Part shown: positions 1 through 13,388 of the stretch, in pieces
Layout of the letters: the number at the start of each line of letters is the position of its first letter
Position numbering within the stretch: position 1 is the first letter of the stretch
Source: Ionaspis alba
Lineage: Eukaryota
NCBI GenBank assembly: GCA_964255285.1
Contig: CAXUUL010000025.1
Span: 1 to 60,500, forward strand
DNA length: 60,500 nt
Direction: 5' to 3'
The notes under the pieces: model-generated
Told to the model about the DNA's origin: nothing
The model's input: only the letters and a program-made list of their open reading frames with translations
Databases searched by the model: none
Translations under genes and position numbers: made by a program

Positions 1-200
1 GGGCGTTAATGGGAGGGGGGCGGTGGATGGTGTTAATGGTGTCAATGGGAGTTAGATGCGGAGCTATGGGTGATGGGAGATTGGTGGGTAGAGAGTGATG
101 GAGGATAGAAGAGAGGTAAAAGGGAATGGCTGCGTCTGGAGGGTGGATAATGGATGACTGATGAATTGGTGATCTGAGGGCGCATACACTTGGGGTCCAT
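1..200 (-). CDS. Possible 5' end (first exon plus intron) of a gene running off the left edge, divergent from HPM1
   Basis: Minus strand reads ATG GAC CCC AAG T|GTATGC, followed by pyrimidine-rich intron-like sequence with CTAAC/TTAAC branch-like motifs. Product not identifiable. Confidence 0.35.
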
Positions 201-457
201 AGAGGTTTTATCATATGAAAAAAGGGTCCTTGGTCTTTGCCCTTGATTGCCTAGGAATGACGTATCTCAATTTTTTCACCAGAGTAATTCATTGTCCACT
301 GCATCTTCCACTATCCCGCCGTGGATGTATTCTTCTATCCACTTTGATATGAAATCCAGCACTACCAGGATTTTGGTGGGAATGAATTAGCTACTCCTCG
401 CTAAGAACGATTTTCGATACGGTACCGTCGCTGGTTATCTTATCAGTTCCTTTCGTA

Positions 458-2035
458 ATGCCGCCCTTTACCTTCGACTTCGAGGATGAGCATGTCGAAG
501 ATGATGAGAACGACGATGAGATGGATGTTGAAGAAGAGGGAGGTGAAGGCGGAGCTAGAGTCAAAGGGCAGGCGGAGTTGCTGGGAGCGAAATTGCATAC
601 ACTTGATGAAATGGTGAGTTTGAAATGTGCCGGTGTGGGAGTGATGCTCTCTACTTTACGATGATCAGAATCCTCCAAAATTACATTGGAGCGGTGCCGG
701 AGGAACGACAAAAACTTCGGTTGTGGCCTGTTATTCTTGCTTTTTTTGGTTGTCAAATATGAAAGAATCATCTCGAAGCAGTCCAAGCATGCCACAACGT
801 CCACAAAAAGTCGAGACGTCTGCTCTGTCTGCTAGCTTTATATATCCCTGGTGGAACACATTCTCATATTGTCTAGACCCTTCATATGAACTTATCTATT
901 TCTCAGCCCTTTTTGTCTCTCTATCTTAATTGAATACACCACTATCAAGTGTGTTACCTATGGTATCTGCGGGACGATAACAATCGTTTACACAGTAGCT
1001 CACACAACTCCCTTCATCCATAAGCTACACCACATATCTAGCAACCCCCAAATCATCCGATCACAACACATCGAGCCTTCCTCGCCGCGAGCTCTTCGAC
1101 ATCCGTGCTCAGCTCATGGCCGAGGGAGATCCAAGCGGCGCTAACAAGATGCTGTCGTCAGGCTTGTCATCCGACGACATCACACCAAGAGTATATGAAG
1201 GCGGCTTCAAAACCTGGGAGTGCTGTGCGGATCTGGCGAAGTATCTGGAGGAATTGATTCTCAGAGGGAGACTCGTTCTAGAAGGACGGGAAATGCAGAT
1301 AGTGGAGGTAGGTTCTTTCTAACTGGCTCTAGTCCTTCTCTTGCCAAATCAAAGGCGATATGAAGTCACTGATAGCCGCAGCTCGGCGCTGGTACCGCAT
1401 TCCCCACAGCCACTCTTCTCGCTCATCTCCTGACTAAGCCCGTACCGAGTACACCAATCCTACCCATCCGACTAACACTAGCCGACTACAATTACCACGT
1501 CCTCACTCTGGCCACCATCCCAAACCTACTCCTCACTTACGCCTACGCCAAACCAGAACACCAGCCATGGTCTCCTACTGGAGACCTCGAGATAACCCCA
1601 CCCCTCCTTACTGCCTTCACAGCAGCCCTTCAGGAGAGGAATATCACCATCACTGGTATCTCCGGTGCCTGGGGTCCATCGATTGTCTCCCTAGCCAATC
1701 CACCTTCTCCGCGTCCCTCGCCACCACCGAGACAATTCCCATCCCAATCCAATCTACCACCTCCGCTCACTCTTATCTTGGCGAGCGAAACAATCTATAG
1801 TCCCCATTCACTACGATCATTCACGCATACCTTGCTTTCGTTTCTGGAGACAGCTTCGTCTGGCTCTTGTGGTGAAGGTTTGGCTTTGGTTGCAGCCAAG
1901 AGGGTTTACTTCGGGGTTGGTGGTGGGGTGGAGGAGTTCTTGACTACCGTGAGGGATATGGGGGGTTGGGGAAGAGTGATTTGGGAGAGTGGAGAGGGCG
2001 TGGGGAGGTGTGTATTGAGGATTGGGGTGGAGTGA
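458..2035 (+). CDS. HPM1: Histidine protein methyltransferase 1 (METTL18/Hpm1 family)
   Basis: Exons 458-613, 999-1307, 1382-2035 join in frame. Motifs LPRRELFDIRAQLM, VYEGGFKTWEC, VELGAGT (SAM motif I), LADYN, LASETIYS, AAKRVYFGVGGG. Confidence 0.85.
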
Positions 2036-2788
2036 GAGGGGCTGAATGGCGAGGAGATGGAAATAGGGGGATTGGAAGGCAAGGGGAAATGGAAGAAGTG
2101 GATGGGAGATGGAGAGCTATTGGCCTATTTAGTCGGGTTGCGGCAATGGAATCTAGGACCAAGATCATTGACCGATGAAAAGCGAACAGGCGGGACTCTT
2201 GGGAGTGGCTTTCTTTCTGAGGCATGAGGCAGAGACGGACAAAAGTTTCGGTTTCGATTTGCGGACTGATATGCCAGGTTGCCAGATGGGATCAACAGGA
2301 CTGAACAGTCAGATTTCACAATGTGGACCTTGATGTCTCCAAAACGTTGTTGGTGGTAGATGCCCCTTTTGTGTCACCCCGCAGCTCTAGAACGCGTCGC
2401 GTTGTCGATAAGGCGGGAAGTCAATTTGCGCCACTTACTATTGGGAGACAGCATTATCTTGTCAATTGGATAGAGCGGATGTTGTCATCAAACATCTCTC
2501 GCATGGACATTACGCATAAGCTTGCGTGGAGGGAGTTGTAACATAAACGAGCCAGCATGGATGAGTCTTGTAAGAATAGATGAAAAGTGAATGACAAAAA
2601 GTAGGATTTTCCATGTGAAGGACTCCGCGCTAAACTATATTCAACCACTAAGTAAACAACCCGCCCATGTTTCACCCTCACCACCATTCCAAGTTCTCGC
2701 CGAACCTCCCACCATCGTCTTCTGCATCTCCCAATTTCGAGTAAACAGAGACAGAGCTTTGGAAACAACAAACAGAATAAATTCGCTG

Positions 2789-4383
2789 ATGTCGCTCACG
2801 ACAGTCTATCAGTCTTTCCTGGCTGCACCCAGTGCCAACTTTCTGGCTACTGACGATGCCTCGCTCAACTACATCACTACTCTGACTACCATCAAAGGGG
2901 TGGCAGCCATTACAAAACACTTGTCACAGCAGCAGTCTCTCTTGAGGAAAAAGGAGGAGAAAGTTATCAGCGCGATCGAAGGCGGCAATGCTATTAGTCT
3001 CGATGTTGAGACGACAGTTGAATTCATTCGTGGTGGTGGAGCATACCTACCTGGCATTGATGACAACTTCCTTGTGGACCATGTGGCTACCTTGCCGATC
3101 GTCAGTACTCGTCCTGCGAATTGAGATATACACGTTGACTGATGATCTCAAAGGTTCACGTTGTCCACTTCGACGCCAACCAGAAAATCCAACAAATTCG
3201 CTTGTACTGGGATCAGGGTGCCTTGCTTAAAAACGTCGATATCATCGGAGCTCGTGCAAAGAATTGGCCAATAATGGACGGGAAGGATCAAGCTCGTCTG
3301 ATTGCTTCAAGCGCAGCTGCTGCTGCGAAGGTTTCTGGCGGCACTGCAAGAAAGGAGGGGGACGTCGTCATTACAAGCCGACCCATCTCTCCAAGAAAGA
3401 GCGTATCTGGAGATCCTCGATCAGATCCATCACTGCCTAGTGGACAAGAAGCTCCGCATGAGCCATCCCAACCTGCACCACGAGCTTCAGCGAGACCTCC
3501 ACCCCGCGATTACCATGATCTTTTCGTGGGTAACGACTCGCAGGTCTCCCCCGCATCCAAAGCAGCCAGAGCAGCATCACCAACCAAGGAGAACAGAAAC
3601 TCCATGGCACCAAAGGGTGGTGCAGGCAAGAACTTCCAGCCATCTCGTCTATTTGATACTGAGGCGGAACCTGGCAACGGATCTCCGAAGAAGTCGCCTG
3701 TCAAAACCCACCCAACAAAGTACAACCATTTCGAATTCGCCGATGGCCATGACGAACCGAAGCATCAACCAGCACCAAAGCCACGCACAAAGAGCAAGCA
3801 TGATTCTCAGTGGGAATTTGCCGACTTCGTCACTCCAGAAAAAGTGGCCCATAAAGCTCGTCCACAAGACGTCCGTCATTTTGATTTGGATGGCGACAAG
3901 AACAACAATGGGAGCCCTACCAAAATCAAGAAGACCGTGCAACCCCGTCGTGATGCCGAGACGCACTTCGAATTCAAGGAACAATACACCCCAGTCGCGG
4001 ATCACCAACAGTCCGCTCGCCCTCGAGCAGGAACAGCCACCAACAAAGGACTGGGTCTTTATCAAAACAATCTCTACGACGACACCGAGCTGTCCAAGAG
4101 TCCAGAGAAGAAATCCCACCCCCTAAGCACCGTTACGAATCTGAAGGAACGCAAGAAAGACTTCGATCCGCACTTCACCATCGCCGAGTCCTCGCCCAAC
4201 CTCAGCGAGAAAANNNNNNNNNNNNNNNNNNNNNNNNNNNNNNNNNNNNNNNNNNNNNNNNNNNNNNNNNNNNNNNNNNNNNNNNNNNNNNNNNNNNNNN
4301 NNNNNNNNNNNNNGGGGAAGTTTCAGGCGCAGAAGAAACAGATGGCGCCGAATGCGAGTTCGTTGTGGGATTTTAATGGATGA
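2789..4383 (+). CDS. Fungal NTF2-like N-terminal domain protein with long disordered tail (C-terminus spans an assembly gap)
   Basis: Exons 2789-3100 and 3154-4383. Motifs LDVETTVEFIRGGGAYLPGIDDNFL and HVVHFD..KIQQIRLYWDQG are typical of this fungal NTF2-like family. Frame across the N-gap is unverified. Confidence 0.7.
4213..4313. other. Assembly gap
   Basis: Run of N. Confidence 0.99.
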
Positions 4384-5178
4384 GTGGAATGGCGGAGGGG
4401 AGGCTACTGGAGATGGCTGAAGGATGAGGGCGTGGTCATGCTGGTGCTTGGGGAAGGGCGGTATTACGTGCGGTGGAATGGTGCGCAAGGATGGGTTTTA
4501 CTCTCAGTGTCGTTTTATAAGGCTTTATCGGGTTTCTTTATGTGGCTTGGTTCCTCTTTGCGGTAGGGTATGATAGGCTCTTGTATTTTAATTCTATACG
4601 AGATGGTACGTCTGGCTTCGAAGAATATGTTGACGAAGTGAGAAAATCGTTTTGTGGCTATGGAACGACGTGAAAAAGCGGAGGTCTTGTGTGTCTGGTG
4701 TTTACGAATTTCTGCAAAACCGCAACCGAGAACCATAAACACCGGCAGTGGCCACGAAACTCGCAACAACTCCGCAAATTACTCGAGACTTCGAAGAGAA
4801 TAATCCTGAGCGATCTGCATTTGCTTTTACGAACTTTCAATGTGCTGTTAAGAGTTGGCATGTCCCCTGATCCCAGATACAGAAAAATCTAACAGATCGT
4901 AAATCGTTCCGTTACGAACCGCAACAGGTCTGTACAAGGTTCGTACAAACCTGTACAGACCTCTCAGAATACTTTTTGCAAATCTCGCTACAAGAACCAA
5001 AATCATGAGCTAATTCCAGAGCTACACACAAAACGTCCAAATCATCACCTGTTCATCAACAGCATCGCTGGCAAGAACTACTTCCATATCTCAGAGAACA
5101 TCTCTTTACACACAATTTTCAAAGCCTCCAATCTCATCTCCAGCAAGCCCAGTGCCTGATCCACCAAGCCCCTATACA

Positions 5179-7332
5179 ATGTCCAACCTACCCATCAGCC
5201 ACGCCTATCCCCAAGCCAGCGGTCCCGCCGGCACCGGCCTCTTCGCCAGCAAGGACCTCAGCGACGGCGACCTCGTGCTCTCGATTCTCCGGCCACTCGT
5301 CTGCGTGCCAGACACGCCACGGCTCAAAGAGACCTGCTCGTGGTGTTTTCTGCACGTGGAGAGGATCGATGCACCGACGGAGGATGAGCATTGGGCCCAG
5401 GTTATGGGACTCTCGCTGGAGGAGTACTTGACTTGGACGGAACCGGGAAAGATGGATCAGCCGAAGTTGATGAAGTGTGGCGGGTGTGGGGTGGTGAGGT
5501 TTTGTGGGGAGGTGAGTGAGTGCTTTTTGGATTATTTGATTGCTTGAGCTTTGGGCTACGTGGTTCTGGATGAGGTGGGGAAGAGAGGTGGCGGGAGTTC
5601 AGGGGATGTGGAGAGAGGATCGAGATGATGCAGATGTCGGTTTGTTTACTTTTCAAGAGAAAGCAGGGAGGTTGAGGAGGAATAGTTCTCTTCCTCGTTT
5701 CCAGTGTAAGGAGACACAATCAAGAGTTCAAAAGACATGAGATTGTGAATGCGATTGATAGCCACTGCATAGTTTCTGTTCTTTATTGATTCTCCGAAGT
5801 AACATGGAATACGGACAGAACACTAGACTAACATTTCTACGGTGCCTAGAATTGCCAAAAACAATCCTGGAAGCATTCCCACAAATACGAGTGCAAGATC
5901 TACAAGGGCCTTTTCCCGCAAGTCCTTCCTAATACTGTTCGAATGGTCATGCAACTTCTGCTTCGGCGACGGAATGGCGTCCTCCCACCTTCGGACTGGG
6001 AAGCTTTCATCAAACTCCAACATCACTTGGGCGATTTCAAGGCAGTAAACACCCCAGCTGGTAAAGAACATTGGCAGAATATCCAGCTTATGGCTCGAGC
6101 GGCAAAGGAGTACTCAGGTTCGAAGGAAGATTTGGGGCTCGTGGAGGGAATGGTTGGTCGAGTGAGATATCTCCCATTCACAAAATTGCCAACCCACAGA
6201 TATATCATACTTACAAGACTTGCTCCAGCTCCTGATCAACACTCTCACCCACGTAACACCCTCGTATGATTCCCTTGGCTTGGCTCTCAGCCCTGTTGCA
6301 GCTCTCCTAAACCACTCCTGCAACCCGAACACCGTCGTTTCCTTCTCCAACGCAGTCCTCTCTGTCCGTACACTAGCCACCATCCCCAAGGGCACTGAAC
6401 TCACGATCTCCTACATCGACATCACAAACCCCTCTCCCCAGCGACAACTCGAGCTCTCAACCCGTTACTTCTTCACCTGCACCTGTCCCGACTGCACCGG
6501 CCATCTCACACTAGGAAAGCCCGACATTCCACCAGAGCTTCTTGGTAGCGATAATCCCAGCGACTTTCGGAACGCCGCGGACCTGCAAAAGTTCGACAAC
6601 CATATGCTCCAGTACCTTCGTGAAGGTAGTCGCGGCGACTTGATCACTAGGGGGGACGCACTCCTGCGACTGGAGAAGTTGCACCAAGCAATGCGGCGCT
6701 TCGAGTTCCGCGAGAACTACCCTGTGTACCGGCAGCCGTATGCGCGGATCCGAGCAGAGTACATCCTTGCACTGCTGGAAAATCGAAAATGGCTCGAGGC
6801 CTTGATCCACAGCTTGATCATATATTTTCATGTTGATCCCGTGCTGTTTCAGCAGGACTGGCATCCTGTCCGAGTGGTGCATACGTGGGTTCTGGTGCGG
6901 CTCGTGGAGCAGATCAGTATCATGGAAGGCGAAAATGATAAAGGGATGGTGGCGCTACGAGAGTGGTTGAAGCCTCATTGGGGATTCATCCTGGAATTGC
7001 TTATAAGGGAGGTGGAGCGGAGTGTTGGGAAGAGTCATGGTAAGGATAGTGCCTTTGCGAAGGAGGTGAGGATGAAGAGAGAGAACCTAACAAAGAGCGC
7101 GGTTCGACAATTTGGAAGGGAGATCGTGATGACTGAATTGGATGAATTCAGAAATCGGAGGAAATTAAGAAGGATCGCTGATGAGGGGGTGAAGTGGTGG
7201 AGGAGTTGGCTGGAGAAAGCGAGGAAGGGGACGCCGGCAAATTGGGAGCAAAGTGACGACGCGGACGACGCAAACGATGCAGCTTATTCATATTTGGAGG
7301 ACATGGACGATTATCAATGGAAGCAGAGATAA
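5179..7332 (+). CDS. SET and MYND domain lysine methyltransferase (SMYD-like)
   Basis: Exons 5179-5511, 5850-6161, 6229-7332. N-SET GTGLFASKD; MYND CSWC..CGGCGVVRFC|NCQKQSWKHSHKYEC; LLNHSCNPN, ELTISYID; post-SET YFFTCTCPDC. Confidence 0.85.
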
Positions 7333-7727
7333 AACGCATATCTGCTAGACAGCATATCAATATCGATACATGCATAGATCAGAGTACTTTGAAACGACAT
7401 ACTGGAGCGAAGGTTTGAGTTCTACGATGCGTCTGAGGGACATCCGTTCTCTTCGATGAGACTTCTTCAGGTGCAGAAGTGTTGTGTCTTTTGCAGAAAG
7501 GCTTCGATATGTGGTGCAGTAGACTCAGGACAAAGACGTATCGTAGGAGTCTGTGATTGAGTTTTGGTTCACTTTGAGCAACGGATAGCCGAATAGGGAG
7601 GTTTCATCAGGTGCATGACATTTCATATGGGTGAGCATGAATTTAAAGTCATTGGAGCTACCATACTACATGACATACTCCATCGAGCAAAACCACTGCC
7701 CCATCCCCTATCCCTCACACAACACCA

Positions 7728-8495
7728 CTACTTCAATGGGATGAATCGAGAAGAATGCGTAGCACCGATACCCGGTCTTCCATGCTTGACGGGTTTGCTA
7801 CAACCTTAATTAGCGCACATCCTATATACCGAGCCACAACCAAAAAGTCGACTCACTATGATATCGAAAACTCTCCCAGGTAGTGCCCCACCATCTCCGG
7901 CTTGATTTCCACCTGGTTGAATTCCTTGCCCGAGTAGATTCCAATCACACTACCAATCATCTCGGGCACGACAATCATGTTCCGTAGATGCGTCTTGACG
8001 AGATCGGGCTTCTCGTTGGGTTTAGCCTCTTGCTTCGATTTACGAAGTTTCTTGATGAGGCGGAGAGGGCCACGCTTCAGGCCGCGGTTGAATCGACGAC
8101 GGGCTCTGGCATGGACGACATCGCGGAGCTGTTCAGATGAGAGATCGAGGAGTCTGGGAGAGGTCAATTTGTGGGATCTGGAGTTGTTCATTGATGTGGT
8201 GATGCGTACTGGTCAAGGTCGATTCCTCGGAAGGAGAACTTTCGGAACGCTCTCTTCTTCTTGAGCTCTACAGGCAAATAACCAATTAGTCACTGTCGTT
8301 GCTGTGATTCAAAGTTCTAGTCCATCCTTCCTGCCACTCTTTGTGCTTTCGAAGGTAGGAGATTCGAAGAATGAAAACGGGGACTACTGCATGTGACGTA
8401 CCAGCTGCCTCCTCAGCATTCTAGGTATTACTTGTCAGCATCCAAATTTTTATACTAGACTTAGACCGAGTACTTACGTATCCTTCGTCAGCCAT
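7728..8495 (-). CDS. RPS15: 40S ribosomal protein S15 (uS19)
   Basis: Five exons: [31 protein letters not shown]|..[58 protein letters not shown]. Confidence 0.97.
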
Positions 8496-8966
8496 GATTA
8501 CGATTGTAGATGGGTCTTTGACAGGAATGGCGAATAGCTGGCGAAGTGGTCGTCGAATTTTAGCGCATCTTCAGATTGTGGTGTTCGCGAAGGGAGAGGT
8601 GGGAGGCGCTAATCTTAGTGTTGCCCTATAAGATTGGAGGCTTCGCATATTTACAGTATCTACAATGGTTCTAACAAGATCGAAATTAGAGAAAAGATCT
8701 CAAGTAGTATCTACGAGCTTCTCTTTCGAGCGGTATGCAATATTACTTAAACTGTCACTGTATTCTCCTCTGTGATGGCGTTTCGTCGAGCAGGATTATT
8801 GTGGTAGACTCGGATTTTCCTCAAACTTCTAGCTAGGAGTACATGAACATGCTCCTTTAGAAGATGCTCGGGACACGATGAAAAAGCTGCTGGACTGATT
8901 TCCGTAAGCGACTTCTTCCATAGCCAAATGACACAATTCCATCCTTCATATTGACAATGGGAAGGC

Positions 8967-9367
8967 TTAGTCGAAAAGACCGAAACCCATGTCCTCGTCC
9001 GACTCCTCCTTCTCTTCTTCCTTCTCTGCGGGCTTCTCCTCCGCAGCGGGAGCTGCAGCACCACCAGCAGCTGGGGCGGCGGCTCCTCCTCCTCCACCAG
9101 ATCCTCCGGACGGGACAGATGCCAATTTGCTTGAGCCTTCGCTGATCAGCTGCATTAAACGAGTCAGCAATCTAGCTATGCGTCCGAGATTTGCGAAACG
9201 CAGTTTACCTCTTGAAGGTCCTTCCCCTTGAGCTCACTGATCAAAGTATCCAAGCGGCTCTCGTCTGCGTCGATCCCTACGGACTCGAGGACTTCTTTAA
9301 TGTCAGAAGCCGAGGGTGAGGTATTGCCACCGAGGCTGAGGAGGAGATATGCTGCGAGATGCTTCAT
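8967..9367 (-). CDS. RPP2: 60S acidic ribosomal protein P2
   Basis: [15 protein letters not shown] start, intron 9150-9208, Ala/Gly hinge and canonical [14 protein letters not shown]-terminus. Probable 5'UTR intron ending near 9379. Confidence 0.97.
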
Positions 9368-9846
9368 TTTGGTAGATCTAGAATTAGGATTAAGCTCAAG
9401 AACGCGAATAGTTTGTAGTGGCCTCATAAGACCTACTTTAGAAGATTGGAGTTGTTCGAACAAGAGAGTCAATCGATTTAACCGCAATATTGAGCGGAGA
9501 CTGACACGTCAGGTTCTGATGTGTGGTTGTGGATCGGAAATGTTTGTTGATTTGTAGATGTCAAATGTTCTGTGTGGGAGAACTAAAGCGTAGTGAGCCG
9601 AAGCAAGTTGTAGGGCTGGTGCCAAGAATGTCTTGGCGAGGCTCCGCTGCCGCATCTAGATATAGACCTGAACACTCCTCCTTATATCATTTGTACTGGT
9701 CAATATACTCTTTCATGCGGCGCTTTTGACTCACCTGACTTTTTCGTCAACACCTTCCTCCTTTATAAAGACCTTTCCTTCCATGTCATAATGATTCTTC
9801 GACCTACTAACCATCGGCGGTGATACTTCTCAGAAGTTCTTTCACA

Positions 9847-10952
9847 ATGACAAGTGTATGTAGACTACTCTTTGCAACGTTCAGTGGCGTTTCTGACAGC
9901 ACCTCAAGTTCCTCAACTCGGTGCTCAGCACAATCACCGATAGTAGCACACAGCCTGCGACACCTAATACAGCGAGGACAACCCCCAACACGGCCAAATG
10001 TCAAAATAAAAGCGCCACAACCATGAATGCGGCTGTCAGCTCGGGAAAACCTCCTTCAGCCGTCAACGTATCATCCGTCCCATCAAACAGTAAGCGGAAA
10101 GCCGAAGACGAACTTTCTAGGCCAAACGACAAAGTGAGAAAGGAATTGAATACGGTCAAATCCACAGCAAATCTTTCGGTTGCCTCCAGACCTATATCAA
10201 ACGGGAAGCCAACCACGTCTGCCTCTTCTGGTCAGCCGACTGTCCCGTACCGAGGCACTGGTCGTCCATCACCTACCGCTTCTCTCTTCGAAAAAGAAAG
10301 CAAGCCCGCACCCAAGAAAGGATCATTCGCAGAAATCATGGCACGCCAGAAAGCAGCAACCACACCTATCGGCGTCATCACACACAAACCGAAGGAGAAG
10401 CTGAGTAGCAAGAAAGAGCTGGAATTGCATAAACAGGCTATGCGAGACAAGAAGGCGGGAAAACTGCCTCGCTCGGCACCCGGAAGCAGTCGCAATAGTC
10501 CCGGTCCCACGAAGCGGGGTGGCGAAGGCGCTGCAAAGCCTACTGTAGCCAAGTCAGTGGGATATCAAGGTACCGCCAAGCCCAAGCTTCAGCCAGCCTA
10601 CAAAGGCACTATGAAGCCGCAACCTAGCTCTACGTTACGTGGAAAACCTCCGACCGCAACTCACGACATCACTCGCCGCAAGAGTATCTCCGATCTACGG
10701 CGCCGCTCTTCTTACAGTGATGAGGATAATGAGGAGTCTGGCGAGGAGGAAGAAGGTTCTTACATCTCAGAGGAGGACTACTCGGACATGGAAGCCGGCT
10801 TCGAAGATGTGGAGGAGGAAGACGAGAAGGCGGCTAGGATCGCGAAAAAGGAGGATGATTACGAGAAGATGATGCTTGATGAGTTGGCGAGGCAGAAGGA
10901 GGCGAAGAAGAAGCGCTTGGCGGCTTTGGCGGAGAAGGCTAGGAGGCGATAA
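9847..10952 (+). CDS. SPT2: Spt2-family chromatin protein
   Basis: MTS|FLNSVLSTI after intron 9856-9908; PKKGSFAEIMARQK; acidic SDMEAGFEDVEEEDEKAARIAKKED motif and basic helical end. Confidence 0.75.
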
Positions 10953-11554
10953 GGGGAGGCTGTGGGACAATCCCGGGCACGCTGATGACATGGAGTGGTT
11001 TCTGAGTGCGTTTGGTCGATACATGGATTTGGAGCTTTCGAGTTTAGCGGGAGTCTTGTGTTGGCGCTTATAAGTGTATCGGTATTGTTGACTAGCATGC
11101 ATATCTGAATTCAAACTGGAGATGAAATCAAGTATTGCAGATACCTCCATTCTGTGCTCTCGTTACCGATTTGTGCGACATCGTTCCCACTTCTCGCCAT
11201 GCTAATTCTCCCATCATTGAATGACCACAGAAGAGCAATTCGTTAAGAGCAATAACAGCTCACAACCACTAGAGCCCTTTGACAAGCTTCTACGCTTGGA
11301 GGAAAAACCTTGAGCATCCGGCAAGCTACATACTGGGGATGACTTCGGAGAATAGCTTTTGGCATGAAGTTCGAGGTAGCATATTTGAACTGCTGTTCTC
11401 TGGTGTATATGCTGGATGTATTTACTGGTCCAAACTCCGAACAATCGCCAAATATTCGTAGAAATTTCCTTTTCCTGCGACCAAGGGCTTGCAACCATCC
11501 GAACATGAGCTTTTGTGCCTAATATTGCAGCTCCACATTCTGCGCACGTCGAGT

Positions 11555-12847
11555 TTATAGATCATGATCTTTGGCTATCCGGAGTTCTAAGGATTTTCGG
11601 TTCCATGGCAGTTCCTCATCGGTAATGTTAATGCATATGAGAGGTGCATCGTGGGTGCCAGCTTGATACTGGTGTTTGGTGCTGACACTGCATGGATTTT
11701 GAAGTAATTCTTGAGCTTTAGCACTGGCCAAGGCAAGACAGCTGTCGTAGCCAGTTTGAGTTCCGCGCTCGCCTTCATGAAACCGATAGGAGAAATCCCC
11801 TACGCTTGTCTCCAAGGACGATGTAGCCATGGGTATGATGCCTCGTCCAAGTGCACGAAACACGAAGCTCGGGCGATCCTTGAGCCATGCTCTCATGCAT
11901 AATGCAATTCTTTGCTGGTAATAGTACTTACCAATCTCACAAGCTTTTGTTGTAGTTGAGGAAGCAATGGCAGTGGAGCTCATGATGTCATTGGCGACCT
12001 CTAAGATACGAATCTGCAGTTCCTTCATCTTACGTTGGCAAAGCTCTTCCAATCCATGCTCAGAGATAGCGTCCTTGTGAACCTCGTACCGCTCTGGTCG
12101 ACTCAGAAGATGAATAATGACTTCCCTAAAGACCCAATCGCATTTTAGGAGAACGGCAAAGTCCAACATCTGAGTTGGTTCGTTCACACACTCGGCAAGA
12201 AAGACGTCATTGGTCTTGAAATAGAGAAGATGTCTCTGAATATACTGGGCAATCACATCACGGCATCCGTACATATCGGCAACGTCCACAAGGTCTTTCA
12301 CGTAGAGTTCCAATGGGCCGGACGAACACAGTGTAAGATCCACTGGAATATGGTACAAAAGACGTAGAAGCAGCCTGTGAGCAGTGGCATTTCTCTGTCG
12401 GGCTCGGACAATGTCGTCCTTGCTTTCACCCAGTGAGTCAAGGATTGTGGTTTTCATCTCACGATTTTGCTCTTCACGATGCTGTCGAGAGAGTCAGGAG
12501 CCATTCAGAAAGAACAAATATGCCACTGACTCGACGCATCAGAACACCTTCTTTCTGGTCTTCTTCAAAGACAAGGCAATATCTCGACATGGCAGGTCTC
12601 AACATGGCAGGAGTCCCGCTAAACTCCATACTTGGCAGAGTCCATCTGTCCTTGAGGCTTGCTTCAAAGAATGACGAATGCGAGCTAAGAACTAGACTGT
12701 GGAGTCTGTACGTTTCGGATACATCTCGGGTGAGCTGAATCTCGACATCTCCATCTTCGAATTTCGGGAAAGTGTTCTGACGTGTGTCTCGAGCCTATTA
12801 CATAGTCGGTGTTTGGCGGTCATATTAATGGGATCAAGACGTACCAT
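11555..12847 (-). CDS. Fungal BTB/POZ-like domain protein
   Basis: ATG-only first exon (12845-12847), intron to 12795, exon ARDTRQNTFPKFEDGDVEIQL..YRLHSLVLSSHSSFFEASLKDRW (BTB-like), intron ~12482-12531, then joins ORF 11555-12457 (LVDVADMYGC..WVFREVIIHL). Confidence 0.65.
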
Positions 12848-13388
12848 TACAGATGGTGAGGGGAACCAGATTACATCTAGAGTGCGTTGAAGTATTCAGG
12901 TTCACGTCGGATGATTTTCGCGAAAATAAATGCGAGTGCCTCCGTAAGCGTAGAGGAGACACGATGAAGTGTAGCCTTGTATCGCCATTCTCCAAAATCC
13001 GAGCTCGTGCGGGGTACTTCAGCTTTGAAGGACATGCAACCTAATTGGTCTCGGACAATCCTCAAAATCATGCGGCAAAAAAGTTTTGAGTAGGAAGTGG
13101 TTGTAGATCGTGGTATCTTGGTCAGACAGTCAAAACGTCCAATCCTACAAATATTTCCAACAGTGTCCCAAGCAGGCATTTTGGAGCTCAGACGCATCTT
13201 ATGATCGATCAGGATCCTATCGATATCGCTTAGAGACCAGTACATCAGGGATAGTAAAGAGATTTACCTATGGCTAATTGTCAAGAACCTTGCCCTCGGT
13301 TACCATTAACACAAGGACTAGAAGGTCTTCTTCTCGACCAAAGGTCCAGCTCATGCAACTCCCGTGCAAATGATTCTTTTCCGTTGCC

